Assembly (NCBI RefSeq): GCF_001194135.2
Contig: NC_068990.1
Span: 4,005,456-4,069,455, forward strand
DNA length: 64,000 bases
Direction: 5' to 3'
Origin: Octopus bimaculoides
Taxonomy: Eukaryota
Positions 63,850 through 64,000 of the stretch are shown piece after piece. A program made the position numbers and the translations under genes. The notes beneath the pieces were generated by a model. The model did no database searches. It worked only from the letters and a program-made list of their open reading frames with translations, and was not told the origin of the DNA. Positions within the stretch are counted from its first letter, which is position 1, and every line of letters starts with the position of its first letter.

Positions 63850-64000
63850 CACACACACACAATGGGCATCTTACAGTTTCCTGCTACCAAATCCAAAATC
63901 CATTCACAAGGCTTCGGTTGGCTCAGTGCTACACTTTCCCAAGGTGCCACACAGAAAACACTTGCCCAAGGGGCCACATAGTGAGACAGAACCCAAGATC

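Noticed and set aside
1-64000. Most ORFs in the six-frame track (poly-YI, HT, CV, N, L, D, V/T, and long X-containing ORFs)
   Set aside because: They are translations of microsatellites or N gaps, and many start at TTG/GTG/CTG, which is irrelevant in a spliced eukaryotic locus.

Overview
AT-rich, microsatellite-dense eukaryotic DNA from a gapped draft assembly. The (TA)n/(CA)n/(AAT)n/(GAT)n load and the SINE families look like an octopus (cephalopod) genome; this is inferred from sequence style only. No prokaryotic features (operons, CRISPR, rRNA) are present. One protein-coding gene spans the window on the minus strand: a divergent EGFR/ErbB-family ectodomain. I assembled by hand seven GT-AG exons with fully compatible phases (52024-51886, 49481-49365, 48093-47988, 43431-43270, 40557-40355, 31632-31424, 28777-28641; 1073 nt). 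They encode the end of Cys-rich domain II, L2/domain III and most of Cys-rich domain IV; the 5' exons lie beyond the right edge. The protein lacks the conserved Tyr-containing dimerisation arm and stops one disulfide module short in domain IV. It then runs into a K/R-rich tail. I found no transmembrane or kinase exon in the remaining 28 kb. A strong acceptor at 2805 opens a short polybasic terminal exon followed by AATAAA, so the best model is a secreted, matrix-binding EGFR decoy. This 3' end is inferred and needs RNA evidence. The introns contain decayed mariner/Tc1, hAT, piggyBac-like, Helitron, RTE, L1/Tx1 and R4/Dong-type elements and several SINE families. They also contain at least six unrelated fold-back structures, and four minimal hammerhead-ribozyme-like motifs of the Penelope type lie in or beside them.
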